Shown: positions 10,142 through 20,837, counted from the first letter of the stretch. The stretch is 64,000 nt of DNA from Candidatus Binatia bacterium (GCA_963666315.2 CAXXHG010000021.1:1-64000); one strand, 5' to 3'. Program-made: numbers and translations. Notes: a model not told the origin generated them from the letters alone.

Positions 10142-11647
10142 GAAGGTGGCGGTGGCGGTGTCGGTTGTAGTGGCGGTGGCGGTGGCGTTGGTAGTGGCGG
10201 AAGTGGTGGCGGAGGTGGTGGCCTTGGCGGTGTCGGCGGCGGGGGAATGGTCGTGGTCGCCAACTCCACCGGCAGCCCATTATAGATCAGGTCTGGCGGA
10301 TTCTCTGTCAGGTTAAAACCGGGACTGAACTGCACAATGACCCGGGCTGTTTCGACATCCTGGCAGGAAAAGGCCTCTCCGGTCAGGGCATCCAGCAGCA
10401 CGACCGCTCCCCCTGGTGCAAAGGAAAGATCTGATCCACACAGATAAAAGAGTTCGCCGGGTCCTTCCTGGGCCCATACTCCTTCCGGCAATCGTAAAGC
10501 GGCGGGGAGAGGAAACACAACCAGCTCGCCGGTATTTGAGCCGACGGCCTCTTCGGGCGCCTCTTCCCCAGTCACGGTATCGCACTGGTTTTCTAGGGTG
10601 AGAGCGGCCATATTTCCATCACGGTCTACAAACTCGCCCGCCCTCGTTCCACAGTTGGCTGCCTCCACCCCCTCCGGGATGATCTTGGCAATCTGAAAGT
10701 TCTGCACGGCCTCCACCCATTCCAGGACTACGTCCGCTCCGCCGGGTAACAGGTCCTCTAATGTGACCTCTTTCTCCAGCCCGCGCGGAAACTCCCCTAA
10801 CCCCAACGTGGTCACGACAACTGTCACTCGGGCAAACTCCACTCCGTCCGCCCTCGCCACTATCTCGTGCACCCCGGCGCCTACGAGATTCCAGTTCAAC
10901 AACAAGCCAAACCCGTTATCGGTATCGCCGCACGCGTCTAGGCTGTCATTCCGGCTCGTGCCATACGCTGCCTCTAACGGCGCCAAGTCATCGATATGGA
11001 TCGTCACCGTCTGCGCATCACACACTATGCCCGAGATCACCCCAAGCCCACTCTGAAAGGACCCCGCCGGGGGGATTTCTAGAATTCGCGGCAAAACCCC
11101 CCCCATCCCCCCCATTCGCCGTTAGGTCACCCCGAATCAAAAAGTTCTGCGCGGCCTGCTGCCAGATGACCTGCACACTCTGTCCCGCCCCCGGAAAGTC
11201 ACTCACCTCATATTGGACACTCAGATCCGTGCGGAACTCCTCCCCGAGGGGCACCACCGTTACCCGATGCTGCGAGATCAATGCGCTATCGGCAAAGGCC
11301 CGGACAATGTGCGACCCACTCGCCAAGAGGTTCCAGTTAAACAACAAGCCAAACCCGTTATCGGTATCTCCACACGCGTCTAGGGTGTCATTCCGGCCCG
11401 TGCCATACGCCGCCTCTAACGGCGCCAAGTTATCGATCTGGATCGTCACCGTCTGCGCATCACACTCCACGCCCGAGATCACCCCGATCTCGCTCACCGT
11501 CGTGTTCGGCGCCGGATTCTCCAACGCTCCCCATGCGCCTGTCACGCCGGCGAAACTCAACAGCACGCTCAGTAACAGGAGACGTACCAAGCAGACGAAT
11601 GGGCCACAGATAGACACACGGCAAGTCCGAATAAAAAACCGGTGCAT
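10111..11647 (-). pseudogene. Exported surface protein with two tandem LENP...CGDTDNGFGLLFNWNLL domains and Pro-rich tail; frameshift in poly-G
   Basis: ORFs 11018-11683 and 10111-11115 join across the G7-AT-G8 tract at 11097-11113; signal peptide; AGGAGGA RBS. Confidence 0.8.
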
Positions 11648-11913
11648 TATTCCTCCTGAAAAATTGTACCCACTCGGCCACATCCACCCCAGGTCGATCC
11701 TCGCGGAGCCCGCTCCACGCCTCGATGAGTAGATCTCGTTATTTTACCTAACAGGCAACTTTTAAGTTGATGATCCATTGGTCCCTCCAGCTGACATGGG
11801 CTAGATGATACAGCCCTGTCGTGCTGGGAGCCACGCTATGCCGTGCGAGGTTACAGATGAGGTACAGATTCCAAAATATATTCTGGTTGAAATGAGCTTC
11901 CTAGTCCTAGGGC

Positions 11914-12684
11914 TTAGCACATGAGTCCGAGGAAGTCGTTCAATTTTGGTAAAATTGGAACAAAATACAGACTTTCCGCCGATTTGTGGCCCAGGGCAAG
12001 CAAAAACAGTCTTGGGTCTAAGCCGGTGTCGTAGCACGCAATGGCCTGCTGCCATTTTTTTCTTCCCAATATTGACCGAGTGTGGTGATGGCACGCTGGA
12101 ATTTCTTGCGCAAGCGCTCGCGCGGAAGCAGAGCCCATGCGACCTTGGCCGGCAGCTTGGACTCCAGCCTGTTCCAGTAAATGCTCAAACACCCAGGTGT
12201 CAATCCAGCAATACCGAGGATCCACACTGACCTGTCCACCTTGCAGCAGAACGGCTTGCTCATGGCCCAGCAGTTGGCGTAAGCGGTGCAATGTGGTGGC
12301 GAAAGACTGATGGCCGACACTGCCTTCTGCATCAGGCCAGAGCACGTCCGTAAGCTGTTCCTCATACACCCCTCTCCCTCCAAAAGCGATGAGCGCCTTC
12401 AGCAGAGTCAAGGGGCGTTGTCGAACCTTACCGCTAAAGCGTAGCGGCTGCCCATCCTTCTCAAGCCGAAAATCTCCCAGCATGGAAATTTTCAGCGGCC
12501 ACGGCCAATGCGCTAGGTGCCAGGGCGGCTGGTCGGGTATGAGCGCGCGCTGTCTGATCAGTCTCTGGACATAGGGGACTTCGATCTCGGTTTGGAGCGC
12601 CTGCATGCACAAACGCGTCATCATCTTTGGCAGCCAAAACGGCATAGTCACAAGTCCGTACTGCCTGCCAAGACTCAACGCCTC
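11914..12684 (-). pseudogene. C-terminal wHTH/BTAD part of the MalT/SARP regulator, inverted
   Basis: EALSLGRQYG...WPWPLKISMLGDF...LLKALIAFGG...LWPDAEG...TLHRLRQLLG. Confidence 0.85.
11929..11956 (-). promoter_or_regulatory. Conserved 28-bp upstream motif, copy 1
   Basis: AATTTTACCAAAATTGAACGACTTCCTC, 26/28 identical to 12997-13024. Confidence 0.6.
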
Positions 12685-12996
12685 ACCATTCCCCCACCGC
12701 CACCACCGCAAAAACAATGTTGACTAGGAGGCTGCTTCACCACGTTTCACCCCCGTCTCGTCTTGTTTTGAGAGGCTGCTTCGCGAAAGAGAAAGTCAAG
12801 GCAAATCTGCCCGGCCTTTTCAAAGAATTTGCCCACGCTACCGTGACTCTCACGGGCATCGAGTAGAGCCCACCAAATCAAGAGAATTACCTGTGCTGGG
12901 CCGGATCCTGCGCGTCGGGGAATGGCTGGCACGTCCCACCGAATCAGCTGTTCACTCGGGCTGATTTTCCCCTGTACTCTTCAAAAGTTTTACCCA

Positions 12997-13024
12997 AATT
13001 TTACCAAAGCTGAACGACTTCCTC
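12997..13024 (+). promoter_or_regulatory. Conserved 28-bp upstream motif, copy 2
   Basis: AATTTTACCAAAGCTGAACGACTTCCTC; TTTTACC repeated at 11-bp spacing (12988 and 12999). Confidence 0.6.
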
Positions 13025-13172
13025 AGTGTTGTTGGCTAAGCGCTACAAGCCTGAAGTCCGCCCCGCCAGAAAATTCTTTGGAATCTGTACCCTATCTGTA
13101 ACCCGGCTCGGCGTAGTGTAGCTACCAGTACGACAGGGCTGCGTTGTCTGGCCGTGTTGGCTAGAGGGACAA

Positions 13173-13378
13173 ATGGACAGTTACATCGTCCGGATCTATC
13201 GCCGCCAGGCCAAAGCCCCCACGAGTTGGTGGGTGTGGTCGAGGATGTCGAGCGGGAGGAAACGATGACGTTTAAGAGCGTTGATGAACTGTGGGAGATT
13301 TTGGCCGAGCAGAAGCGACTTTCATCGCTGCGAAGTCGGGTTGGACCGACACGCAGGAATAAGGAGGAGAAGTCATAG
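13173..13378 (+). pseudogene. Small hypothetical protein, frameshifted in a C-run
   Basis: MDSYIVRIYRRQAKAP / HELVGVVEDVEREETMTFKSVDELWEIL. Confidence 0.55.
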
Positions 13379-13593
13379 CCGAGAGTCTCAGGAGCCAAGA
13401 TCTTTCTACGAACCACGGACAAATACAGATTCAAACCACTTTTCTCAAAGGAGGGAGAGTCATGGAAACCACACCCCGAGAAAGTAGGGCGCCGCCACTA
13501 TGGGTCGTGTGGACTACTGATAAGGAGGAAGACATGCGATTTGCGCGTAGTTCATTAGCTAACATTGACATTCTTATTGGACAAGGAGGAACC

Positions 13594-14469
13594 ATGAAAC
13601 GCACTAAGAGAGACTGGATCTCAACATTACGTTCTAAGCGCCCGGTAGGCCTGCTGGCATTTGCCGTTTGTTTCCTTGTCGTAGTCCTAGTGGGGACTGT
13701 GGCGGCGGTCTTCATCTACACAGGTCCCACCATACCGCCCCCTTTTGCCCCTATTTCCTCGACGGATTCATGGGACATTAACCAAGGGATTTTTGTCACG
13801 GCTAGTAGTGGTATATTGGCTGGCACCAGTGGACGTAACATGTTCGGCGATGCTTTGGGGGGCAGCGGCGAAGGCAATGTGGGCAACGTCTTTTTCCAAG
13901 ACTTCAGGCCAACAGGTTTCGTCCACACTATCGATTGGCAGACCCCTATGCCAGTTACGATCAGGAGTTTCAATCTGTCTGCCCAACATGACGGTTTTCC
14001 TCCTAGAGATGCAAGAGCTCGTGACAACTCTGACACCACACCAGATGCATGTCGTATTGACTGTACGCTACCAGCGTGTGGAGATGACATAGTCGATCCT
14101 ACCTTTGGAGAAGAGTGCGAAGGAAATATCGGATGCGTAATGTGTCTCTTAGACGATGATGAAGATGCGATACCCAATAGCGATGATACGTGTCCGCTAG
14201 ATCCAGACAACGATGCTGACGAGGATGGCGACGGCGTTTGCGGCGATGTAGACATATGCCTCGGGGATGATGCCACGGGACACGCTGACAACGATGGGGT
14301 TTGTGACGACATAGACCCATGCCCCGTGGACGTGAACGAACTGTGTCTGTTCCCGAATCAGGGTCAATGCATTTCGAACCGTATAGCTCAGGAATGTGGA
14401 GGCTTAACGGGCCAGGCACGCGCCGCCTGTAATCACGAACAGCAACAGCTCTGCAAGGACGTCTTCTAG
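13594..14469 (+). CDS. Exported/anchored Cys-rich protein with Myxococcus Cys-rich-like and thrombospondin type 3-like Ca-binding repeats
   Basis: N-terminal TM; CRIDCTLPACGDDIVD..GEEC; DEDGDGVCGDVDIC, DNDGVCDDIDPCP; AGGAGG RBS. Confidence 0.72.
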   Translation: MKRTKRDWISTLRSKRPVGLLAFAVCFLVVVLVGTVAAVFIYTGPTIPPPFAPISSTDSWDINQGIFVTASSGILAGTSGRNMFGDALGGSGEGNVGNVFFQDFRPTGFVHTIDWQTPMPVTIRSFNLSAQHDGFPPRDARARDNSDTTPDACRIDCTLPACGDDIVDPTFGEECEGNIGCVMCLLDDDEDAIPNSDDTCPLDPDNDADEDGDGVCGDVDICLGDDATGHADNDGVCDDIDPCPVDVNELCLFPNQGQCISNRIAQECGGLTGQARAACNHEQQQLCKDVF

Positions 14470-14574
14470 GCTGGGCGGATGATGCAGATGCCCTTCACTC
14501 GCTCCTGCGGGGGGCGAGCAGGGCCGCAACGGCCTTGTCAGGTTGCGGTAAGTAAATGGATAATCACAAGAACA

Positions 14575-14604
14575 GGGGTGTCCTCATTGAGGGGAGGACA
14601 CCCC
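14575..14604. terminator. GC-rich hairpin GGGGTGTCCTC-N8-GAGGACACCCC
   Basis: 11-bp perfect stem after the Cys-rich gene; no clear U-tract. Confidence 0.45.
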
Positions 14605-14788
14605 GCGACAGTGCAGTAACACGTTTCCCGCATCACAACACCAGGGGCAGCGGCCGGTCAGAGTGACTAGCGTTGCCCCTGTGTTTTATAATGATGGTTG
14701 ATTTGTATAGGGTTTCGCAGGTAGACAGAAGACCATGGAAGCCTGAGCAATCACGATTCAAGTCAACCGGCACAGCGCTCTCAAGAAG

Positions 14789-15457
14789 TTGCTCTATTGC
14801 TGTCTCAGTGCGGAACTCTTTATCGTGCTGGCCGATATCTTTTTGAATTATTTCGAGTGGATTCCGTTCCGGCCGCTGCGCCGGACATTTAATATTACCC
14901 GCGAGGATGCAATAGGGAATTGGTTCTCCAGCACGCAGACGTTGTGCGTTGGCATTGTGCTGTGGACCCTGTTTGCTCTGGATCGGAATGACAAGCAAAA
15001 ATGGGGTTGGGCGGTGCTGGCTTCTTTCTTTACTTTTATGGCGTTTGATGATGCCTCCAAGTTTCATGAACGCGCCGGTTCCTCCTTCAAAGCCTTGGCA
15101 CCGTCCCTGGCATGGGTTGAAGCACTTGTGGAGCAGTACCCCAGCTATACCTGGCAGATTCTCGTTGGTCCGTTTTTCGCGGTTATGGGTCTCTATATCG
15201 TGTGGTTTATTTGGAAAGAGCTGGACACCCCCCGCTACCGGCTCTGGTTAGGAGCGGCTTTAGCGTGCCTGGTGGTCGCCGTCGGTTTAGATGCAATCGA
15301 GGGCATGGATCTGCCGTCCTTGAGTTCGTATCCCGTTCGGCATTTTCTCAAGCTGGTGGAAGAGCTACTCGAAATGCTAGGCAATACGCTCTTTTTGCTG
15401 ACCTTCAGTAGTGTGTTACTCCACCACACACAGGAGGTTGCCATAGACTTGATCTGA
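14789..15457 (+). CDS. Multi-pass membrane protein, hypothetical
   Basis: About 6 TM helices; DDASKFHE and LVEELLEMLG motifs; upstream ATG at 14735 is separated by an in-frame TGA. Confidence 0.75.
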   Translation: MLYCCLSAELFIVLADIFLNYFEWIPFRPLRRTFNITREDAIGNWFSSTQTLCVGIVLWTLFALDRNDKQKWGWAVLASFFTFMAFDDASKFHERAGSSFKALAPSLAWVEALVEQYPSYTWQILVGPFFAVMGLYIVWFIWKELDTPRYRLWLGAALACLVVAVGLDAIEGMDLPSLSSYPVRHFLKLVEELLEMLGNTLFLLTFSSVLLHHTQEVAIDLI

Positions 15458-15660
15458 ACCGCGCTCGGGAAGTACTCAATCTCGTTATTCCCTGACCTTT
15501 CTCTTTCTTCAAGCAAAACCTTGCTTTTCGCCCTGAGGATCTTACATTTTCTAAAAAGACGAATTTCTTGTGTGAGTGTGTCCTGCCTGTCTGTATAGGG
15601 CAGCATGCGAGGGCCGATATTGTAGGCGGAAGAGAGCTGAAGGAGAGAGATGGTATCCCC

Positions 15661-16740
15661 ATGGCAATGCGATTTCAGGATTATCACAAAACACTGGGTA
15701 TTTCGCGGACTGCCTCGCCGGAAGACATCCAGAAAGTATACCGCAAGCTCGCCCGGAAATATCATCCGGACGTGAATAAGAGTCAAGAAGCGGAAGAAAA
15801 GTTTAAAGAAATTAATGAAGCCCATGAAGTCCTCAAAGACTCGGATAAACGGCAAAAATACGACACCTTAGGCCCCAATTGGCAAGCCGGGCAAGACTTC
15901 AGACCTCCGCCAGGCTGGGAGAATTTTGCAAGTCGAGCAAGTGGACCAGGACGGCCAGGCGGCGGCCGGTCTGAATTTCACTTCCGAAGCGGATCAAGTG
16001 GACTAGGGGCTTTTGACATGGGTGGTCTTGGTGGCGGGGGATTTAGCGATTTTTTTGAGTCTCTTTTTGGACAAAGCCTTGGTGGGAATACCGCGCGGCG
16101 GTCGCAGAGTGGGCGACGGCGTCAGCCCCAGAGTAGAGAGAATAAATCCGGGTGGTTGTCGTCGCGTGGCCAAGACTATGAAGTAGATATTACGATCTCT
16201 CTTGAGGAGGCGTATCGAGCGGCGGCCAAAACCATCACGCTGCGCACAACACAAGAAGACGGTTTGGGCGGCCAGCCCACAATAACGTCTAAGCGTTTTG
16301 ATGCGAAAATTCCTCCAGGTGTTACTGAAGGTGCTCGTATTCGTCTGGCGGGACAGGGGGGAGCCGGAAGAGGGACTGGCGAAAGCGGTGATATCCTGCT
16401 GCGGGTGCATATTACGCCGCACGCATTCTTTACGCTGGATGGCCATGATTTATCTGTCGAAGTGCCTATCACGCCATGGGAAGCCGCACTCGGCGCAAAG
16501 GTCGAGGTGCCGACTCTGAACGGACGCATTAAGTTGACCGTTCCGCCAGGTACGCAAGGCGGTCAGCGGTTTCGTACTCGCGGGAAAGGCTTGCCCCAAA
16601 AAAAGGGAGCGCCCGGCCACCTCTACACAACCATACGTATCACCGTCCCCAAAACGTTGACAGTCAAAGAAAAAGGCCTGTTTGAAGAACTCCAGAAGAG
16701 TTCGTCTTTTAATCCGCGCCAGGCGGGCGAAGAGAAATAG
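15661..16740 (+). CDS. cbpA: DnaJ class II chaperone, CbpA-like
   Basis: J-domain HPD, G/F-rich linker, no Zn finger, ITPWEAALG. Confidence 0.85.
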   Translation: MAMRFQDYHKTLGISRTASPEDIQKVYRKLARKYHPDVNKSQEAEEKFKEINEAHEVLKDSDKRQKYDTLGPNWQAGQDFRPPPGWENFASRASGPGRPGGGRSEFHFRSGSSGLGAFDMGGLGGGGFSDFFESLFGQSLGGNTARRSQSGRRRQPQSRENKSGWLSSRGQDYEVDITISLEEAYRAAAKTITLRTTQEDGLGGQPTITSKRFDAKIPPGVTEGARIRLAGQGGAGRGTGESGDILLRVHITPHAFFTLDGHDLSVEVPITPWEAALGAKVEVPTLNGRIKLTVPPGTQGGQRFRTRGKGLPQKKGAPGHLYTTIRITVPKTLTVKEKGLFEELQKSSSFNPRQAGEEK

Positions 16741-16894
16741 TCAACAGCTACTCCTTTTTTTTCTTGTCTGGGACAGATGCTGTTTCCCTACCGACTGCAG
16801 GAACTCAGGACACGTTTTTCCATGCTTTCCTGCTTTGCGCTCCCTCTCCAAACGGGATACAACCGCAGGCACGTGAATGAGGGAGAGACATTAC

Positions 16895-18097
16895 ATGCCC
16901 AGCCTACCACTCGAAGGTCTGAAAGTTATTGATATAGCCGTCCTGTTTGCCGCTCCAACCATTTCCCAAAACATGGGTGATTTTGGGGCGGAGGTGATTA
17001 AGGTCGAGCACCCCAAACTGGGTGATAGCTTGCGTACGCTCGGGGCAACCAAAGATGGGGTGCCGTTGTGGTGGAAGATCACCAACCGGAACAAGAAGTG
17101 TGTCACCCTCGATTTGCACCAGCCTGAAGGGCAGGAGATACTCAAGCAGCTCATTGCCGATGCGGATGTCCTGACTGAGAATTTTCGACCAGGCACGTTG
17201 GAGCGCTGGGGGTTGGGCTGGGAGACCCTGCATGCCATCAATCCGCGCCTGATTATGGTCCGGGTATCTGGGTTTGGTCAAACCGGGCCGTATAAGGATC
17301 GGCCTGGGTTTGGGACGCTGGCTGAAGCGATGAGCGGTTTCGCCCATATGACGGGACAGCCTGATGGCCCGCCGACTCTGCCTGGCTTTGGATTGGCAGA
17401 TTCTATGGCCGGGCAGTTTGGAACCTGGGCGGTGATGTTTGCTCTCTATGAGCGGGATCATAAGAGTAATACAGGCCAAATGCTCGACCTGAGTGTCTTG
17501 GAACCGCTGTTCACCACAACCGGCGATCAAGTGCTGGCCTATGACCAGCTTGGTGTGGTCCAGCAACGGACCGGGAACCGAGTGCCGTCCATTGGCGCGC
17601 CGCGCAATACCTATCAAAGCAAAGACGGTAAATGGCTTGCACTTTCGGCCAATGCGCCGGCTTTGGCGAAACGCGTCTTTGCCGCCATTGGTCAGCCTGA
17701 GCTGATTGATGATCCACGCTTTCAGGACAACCGAGCCCGGATCAAAAATATTGACGAAGTGGATGCCATTGTCGGTGGCTGGATTGGCGAACATAGTGCT
17801 GAAGAAGTCTTGAAGCAATTTGACGAATTCGACTGCGCCTGTGCGCCTGTGTACGATATCGCCGGCATTCTTGCTGATCCGCACTTCCAGGCCCGTGAAA
17901 CTATCACGACCGTCTTCGATCCTGAGCTTGGGCCGCTCAAGATGCAGAATGTTGTTCCCAAGTTCTCCCGCACTCCTGGAGAGATTCGTTGGCCTGGTTC
18001 GACCCATATGGGACAGCACAATGAAGAAATTTATGGGAACAAACTGGGCCTGTCTCCACAGAAGCTCGCAGAACTCAAAGAAAAGGGCGTGATCTGA
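16895..18097 (+). CDS. Family III CoA-transferase (CaiB/BaiF)
   Basis: LEGLKVID, DFGAEVIKVE, NRNKK, ENFRPG, SGFGQTGP. Confidence 0.93.
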   Translation: MPSLPLEGLKVIDIAVLFAAPTISQNMGDFGAEVIKVEHPKLGDSLRTLGATKDGVPLWWKITNRNKKCVTLDLHQPEGQEILKQLIADADVLTENFRPGTLERWGLGWETLHAINPRLIMVRVSGFGQTGPYKDRPGFGTLAEAMSGFAHMTGQPDGPPTLPGFGLADSMAGQFGTWAVMFALYERDHKSNTGQMLDLSVLEPLFTTTGDQVLAYDQLGVVQQRTGNRVPSIGAPRNTYQSKDGKWLALSANAPALAKRVFAAIGQPELIDDPRFQDNRARIKNIDEVDAIVGGWIGEHSAEEVLKQFDEFDCACAPVYDIAGILADPHFQARETITTVFDPELGPLKMQNVVPKFSRTPGEIRWPGSTHMGQHNEEIYGNKLGLSPQKLAELKEKGVI

Positions 18098-18978
18098 TGT
18101 CACGGCTGCGGCGGAGTTTATTATTCGTACCGGCCAGCAGCGAGCGCTTTTTTGCCAAAGCGAAGGAGTCGGCGGCGGATACGCTGATTTTTGACTTGGA
18201 AGACGCGGTCGCGCCGGAGCGGAAGGCGCACGCGCGGGAGACCATGAAATTGGTGCTTCAAGACTCAGACTTTCAGCGTTTTGAACGGACGGTCCGTATC
18301 AACGGACTCGACACGCCGTATTTCCTGGATGATGTATTGGCCATGGTTGAGGCAGGTGTGGATGGCCTGGTCGTGCCGAAAACGAACAGCGCTGAAAATA
18401 TCCAGTTTGTTGATCAGTTGGTGTCGCTGGCAGAGCAACGCGCAGGTCGAAATCCTGGCGCAGTCGTTCTCATACCGCTGTTTGAACAGCCTAAGGCCAT
18501 CGGCAATGCCTTTGCCATCGCCACGGCCACACCCCGGATCGCGGCCATCGCCTTTGGGCACGGCGACTTCTCACTATCCATGGGAATTAAAGCCGCCCCT
18601 TCCACCGCGGGCGTCGTGCTGCAAGCGCGCTGTCAGGTGGTCATGGCAGCTAAGGCTGCCGGAGTGATGCCGATTGATAACGTCTATCTCGACATTAAGG
18701 ATATCGATGGCTTGAACATAGAAACGCAGCAGGGCAAAGGGCTGGGTTATGAAGGCAAGGCGTGTATTCACCCCGGCCAGGTCGAACCCGTCAACGCGGT
18801 CTACACACCGACCTCGGAAGAAGTCGAACACGCCCGAGAACTCGTGGCTGCCTTTGAACAAGCCGTTGCCGAGGGTAAAGGCGCCGTGGCGTTTCGGGGC
18901 CGGATGATCGACGGCCCGATCGCCGATATTGAAAAGATTGTATTGGACCGGGCACGCAAGGCCGGGATGGGCGAGTAA
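18097..18978 (+). CDS. CitE/HpcH family acyl-CoA lyase
   Basis: RSLLFVP, DLEDAV, VRIN, GKACIHPGQ, GRMIDGP. Confidence 0.92.
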   Translation: MSRLRRSLLFVPASSERFFAKAKESAADTLIFDLEDAVAPERKAHARETMKLVLQDSDFQRFERTVRINGLDTPYFLDDVLAMVEAGVDGLVVPKTNSAENIQFVDQLVSLAEQRAGRNPGAVVLIPLFEQPKAIGNAFAIATATPRIAAIAFGHGDFSLSMGIKAAPSTAGVVLQARCQVVMAAKAAGVMPIDNVYLDIKDIDGLNIETQQGKGLGYEGKACIHPGQVEPVNAVYTPTSEEVEHARELVAAFEQAVAEGKGAVAFRGRMIDGPIADIEKIVLDRARKAGMGE

Positions 18979-18982
18979 TATC

Positions 18983-19054
18983 GTAGGGGCGAAGCATTCG
19001 CCATTCGAGTCGTAGGTGTGTACTGATTGCCGCTTTCGAATGCTTCGCCCCTAC
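18983..19054. repeat. GTAG-family REP inverted pair
   Basis: GTAGGGGCGAAGCATTCG ... CGAATGCTTCGCCCCTAC perfect 18-bp inverted repeat. Confidence 0.8.
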
Positions 19055-19084
19055 CTATGTTTTCAACGAAACGAGACAGTGCAT

Positions 19085-20020
19085 ATGAATACTGAAACGC
19101 TCCAACACGGCTCAGCCTATGTGAACGGGGTGCGTTTACATTACGTCACCCAGGGCGAAGGGAAGCTCGTGATTTTGCTGCATGGCTTTCCCGAGTTTTG
19201 GTATTCATGGCGGCATCAAATCCCCGTTCTGGCCCAGCATTTTAAAGTTGTTGCGCCTGATATGCGTGGTTACAATGAGAGTGAAAAACCGGCTGGAGTG
19301 GCGAATTATCATATTGATCGTTTGACTGCGGATGTGATGGGTCTTATCCGCGCTTTTGGAGAGGAGCGGGCGATCATTATCGGTCATGACTGGGGTGGTG
19401 GCGTCGCGTGGGCGTTTGGCGCCAACTATCCACAGGCGACTGAGCGGCTTGTGGTCTTAAATTGCCCCCATCCAGCCGCGTTTCAGAAACAGCTCAAGAG
19501 CAATCGTAAGCAGCTACGGCGCAGCTGGTATATCTTCTATTTTCAGATTCCATGGCTGCCTGAGCTGGGCCTGCGTCTCTTTCGTGGCCGCTTTGTCGAA
19601 AAAGCCTTACGTGGTATGGCGATACGTAAAGAAGCCTTTCCTGATGCAGAACTCCGCAAATATGCTGACGCGCTCGCAAAACCCGGAGCCGCAAGAGCGG
19701 CAATTAACTACTACAGAGCCGCGTTTCGTCACCGGCTGAAGAAAGGCGAGAAGGAGTTTGCTCAGATCGCGCGTCCGACGCTTTTGATTTGGGGCGAGGA
19801 TGACAGCGCCTTGGGCAAAGAACTTACCTATGACATGGAGGTATACTTCACGGATAGTTTTGAGATCAAATACATTCCCGAGTGCAGCCATTGGGTCCAA
19901 CAGGAACAGCCCGAGCTCGTCAATCAGTATTTATTGGAGTTTCTTGTCGGACAAGGAGGAGAGGCAGCGGAGCAAGAAGGGGGAATTGAGGCCGAGTCTA
20001 GTACCGACCCCTCACCCTGA
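19085..20020 (+). CDS. Alpha/beta hydrolase, epoxide hydrolase family
   Basis: HGFPE, GHDWGG, lid Tyr (SWY, NYYR), SHWVQQE. Confidence 0.9.
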   Translation: MNTETLQHGSAYVNGVRLHYVTQGEGKLVILLHGFPEFWYSWRHQIPVLAQHFKVVAPDMRGYNESEKPAGVANYHIDRLTADVMGLIRAFGEERAIIIGHDWGGGVAWAFGANYPQATERLVVLNCPHPAAFQKQLKSNRKQLRRSWYIFYFQIPWLPELGLRLFRGRFVEKALRGMAIRKEAFPDAELRKYADALAKPGAARAAINYYRAAFRHRLKKGEKEFAQIARPTLLIWGEDDSALGKELTYDMEVYFTDSFEIKYIPECSHWVQQEQPELVNQYLLEFLVGQGGEAAEQEGGIEAESSTDPSP

Positions 20021-20422
20021 CCTACCAAACGGTCGGGACAAACTGTTCCTCTTGAAGAAATCCATCGTGTGTAATGAGGGATAGCCCAACGTGTGAGCCG
20101 TTGCGACAATCACGCGGTCAAATGGATCGCGGATAGCCGGGAAATTTTCTATTGCGAGAAGAATATCGACAGTATAGTCCTGAAGAGAGAAGGGGCCGCC
20201 GTATTGTTGATACCGCGAGACCAACTCTCGAAAGGAGAGTTTCAGGCGAATCCTGCCAATTTCGCTCAGGCGCAGAATCTCCTCTAAAACGGTCATCGGA
20301 ATAACCACATGCCCCAGTCCGCGCTCTGCCTCTTGAAAAGCCCGGCGGGCTTGCTTACCGAGCTTGCGCGTCTTTCCCGTTGAAAAATACACTAAAGGAT
20401 GCGTGTCAGTCACGTAGAGCAT
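20012..20422 (-). CDS. PIN-domain (VapC) toxin, C-terminal frameshift
   Basis: MLYVTDTH, DPFDRVIVATA; adding one C near 20077 restores LITHDGFLQEEQFVPTVW. Confidence 0.85.
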   Translation of the reverse strand: MLYVTDTHPLVYFSTGKTRKLGKQARRAFQEAERGLGHVVIPMTVLEEILRLSEIGRIRLKLSFRELVSRYQQYGGPFSLQDYTVDILLAIENFPAIRDPFDRVIVATAHTLGYPSLHTMDFFKRNSLSRPFGRSG

Positions 20423-20732
20423 CGTTGAATTGATCCCCACTGCGCTGAAGTGCGGTCTCGTAGGCTTCAGCGAGTTGATGGGAACCTGTCTCCAAATCTC
20501 CAACGACTTCCATCACATCTGAAAAAGAGGCTACGGTGTGGGAGCGTCGTTGACGACGGTATTGTTCTATCTCCGCCATATCCGTCTCATACTGGGTAGC
20601 GCCGACTAATACGGCGGAAAGTTTCGACCTTTGGGTGATAGCAATCGCCTCTCCACTCTGCGCGACTTCTCGTGCCAGGCGGCTGAGGGCGGCCCGTGCT
20701 TCGACCAGGCTGATAAGCTTCTTTGCTCGCAT
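20406..20732 (-). CDS. Phd/YefM antitoxin
   Basis: ISLVEARAALSRL...AIAITQRSKLSAVLV; overlaps the PIN gene. Confidence 0.82.
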   Translation of the reverse strand: MRAKKLISLVEARAALSRLAREVAQSGEAIAITQRSKLSAVLVGATQYETDMAEIEQYRRQRRSHTVASFSDVMEVVGDLETGSHQLAEAYETALQRSGDQFNDALRD

Positions 20733-20837
20733 CACTTCTCCTGTACGGTACACTGTACATTTAGGGATCTGTCTTTTCAAGGTCGAAAGACTGGGCTGGT
20801 ACGCCGTGCCGAGTCAGGCTGAGAGATGTCTCGGTGG

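Noticed and set aside
10091-10285. Gly-rich C-terminus of the 667-aa ORF
   Set aside because: It is the antisense reading of the Pro-rich tail of the inverted surface gene
10880-11490. Possible DGR template/variable repeat pair
   Set aside because: Both copies are coding domains of one gene, differences are not confined to adenines, and no reverse transcriptase is present
16904-18103. Long antisense ORFs (also 42129-43073, 56530-57429)
   Set aside because: Shadows of well-supported genes on the opposite strand with no recognisable motifs
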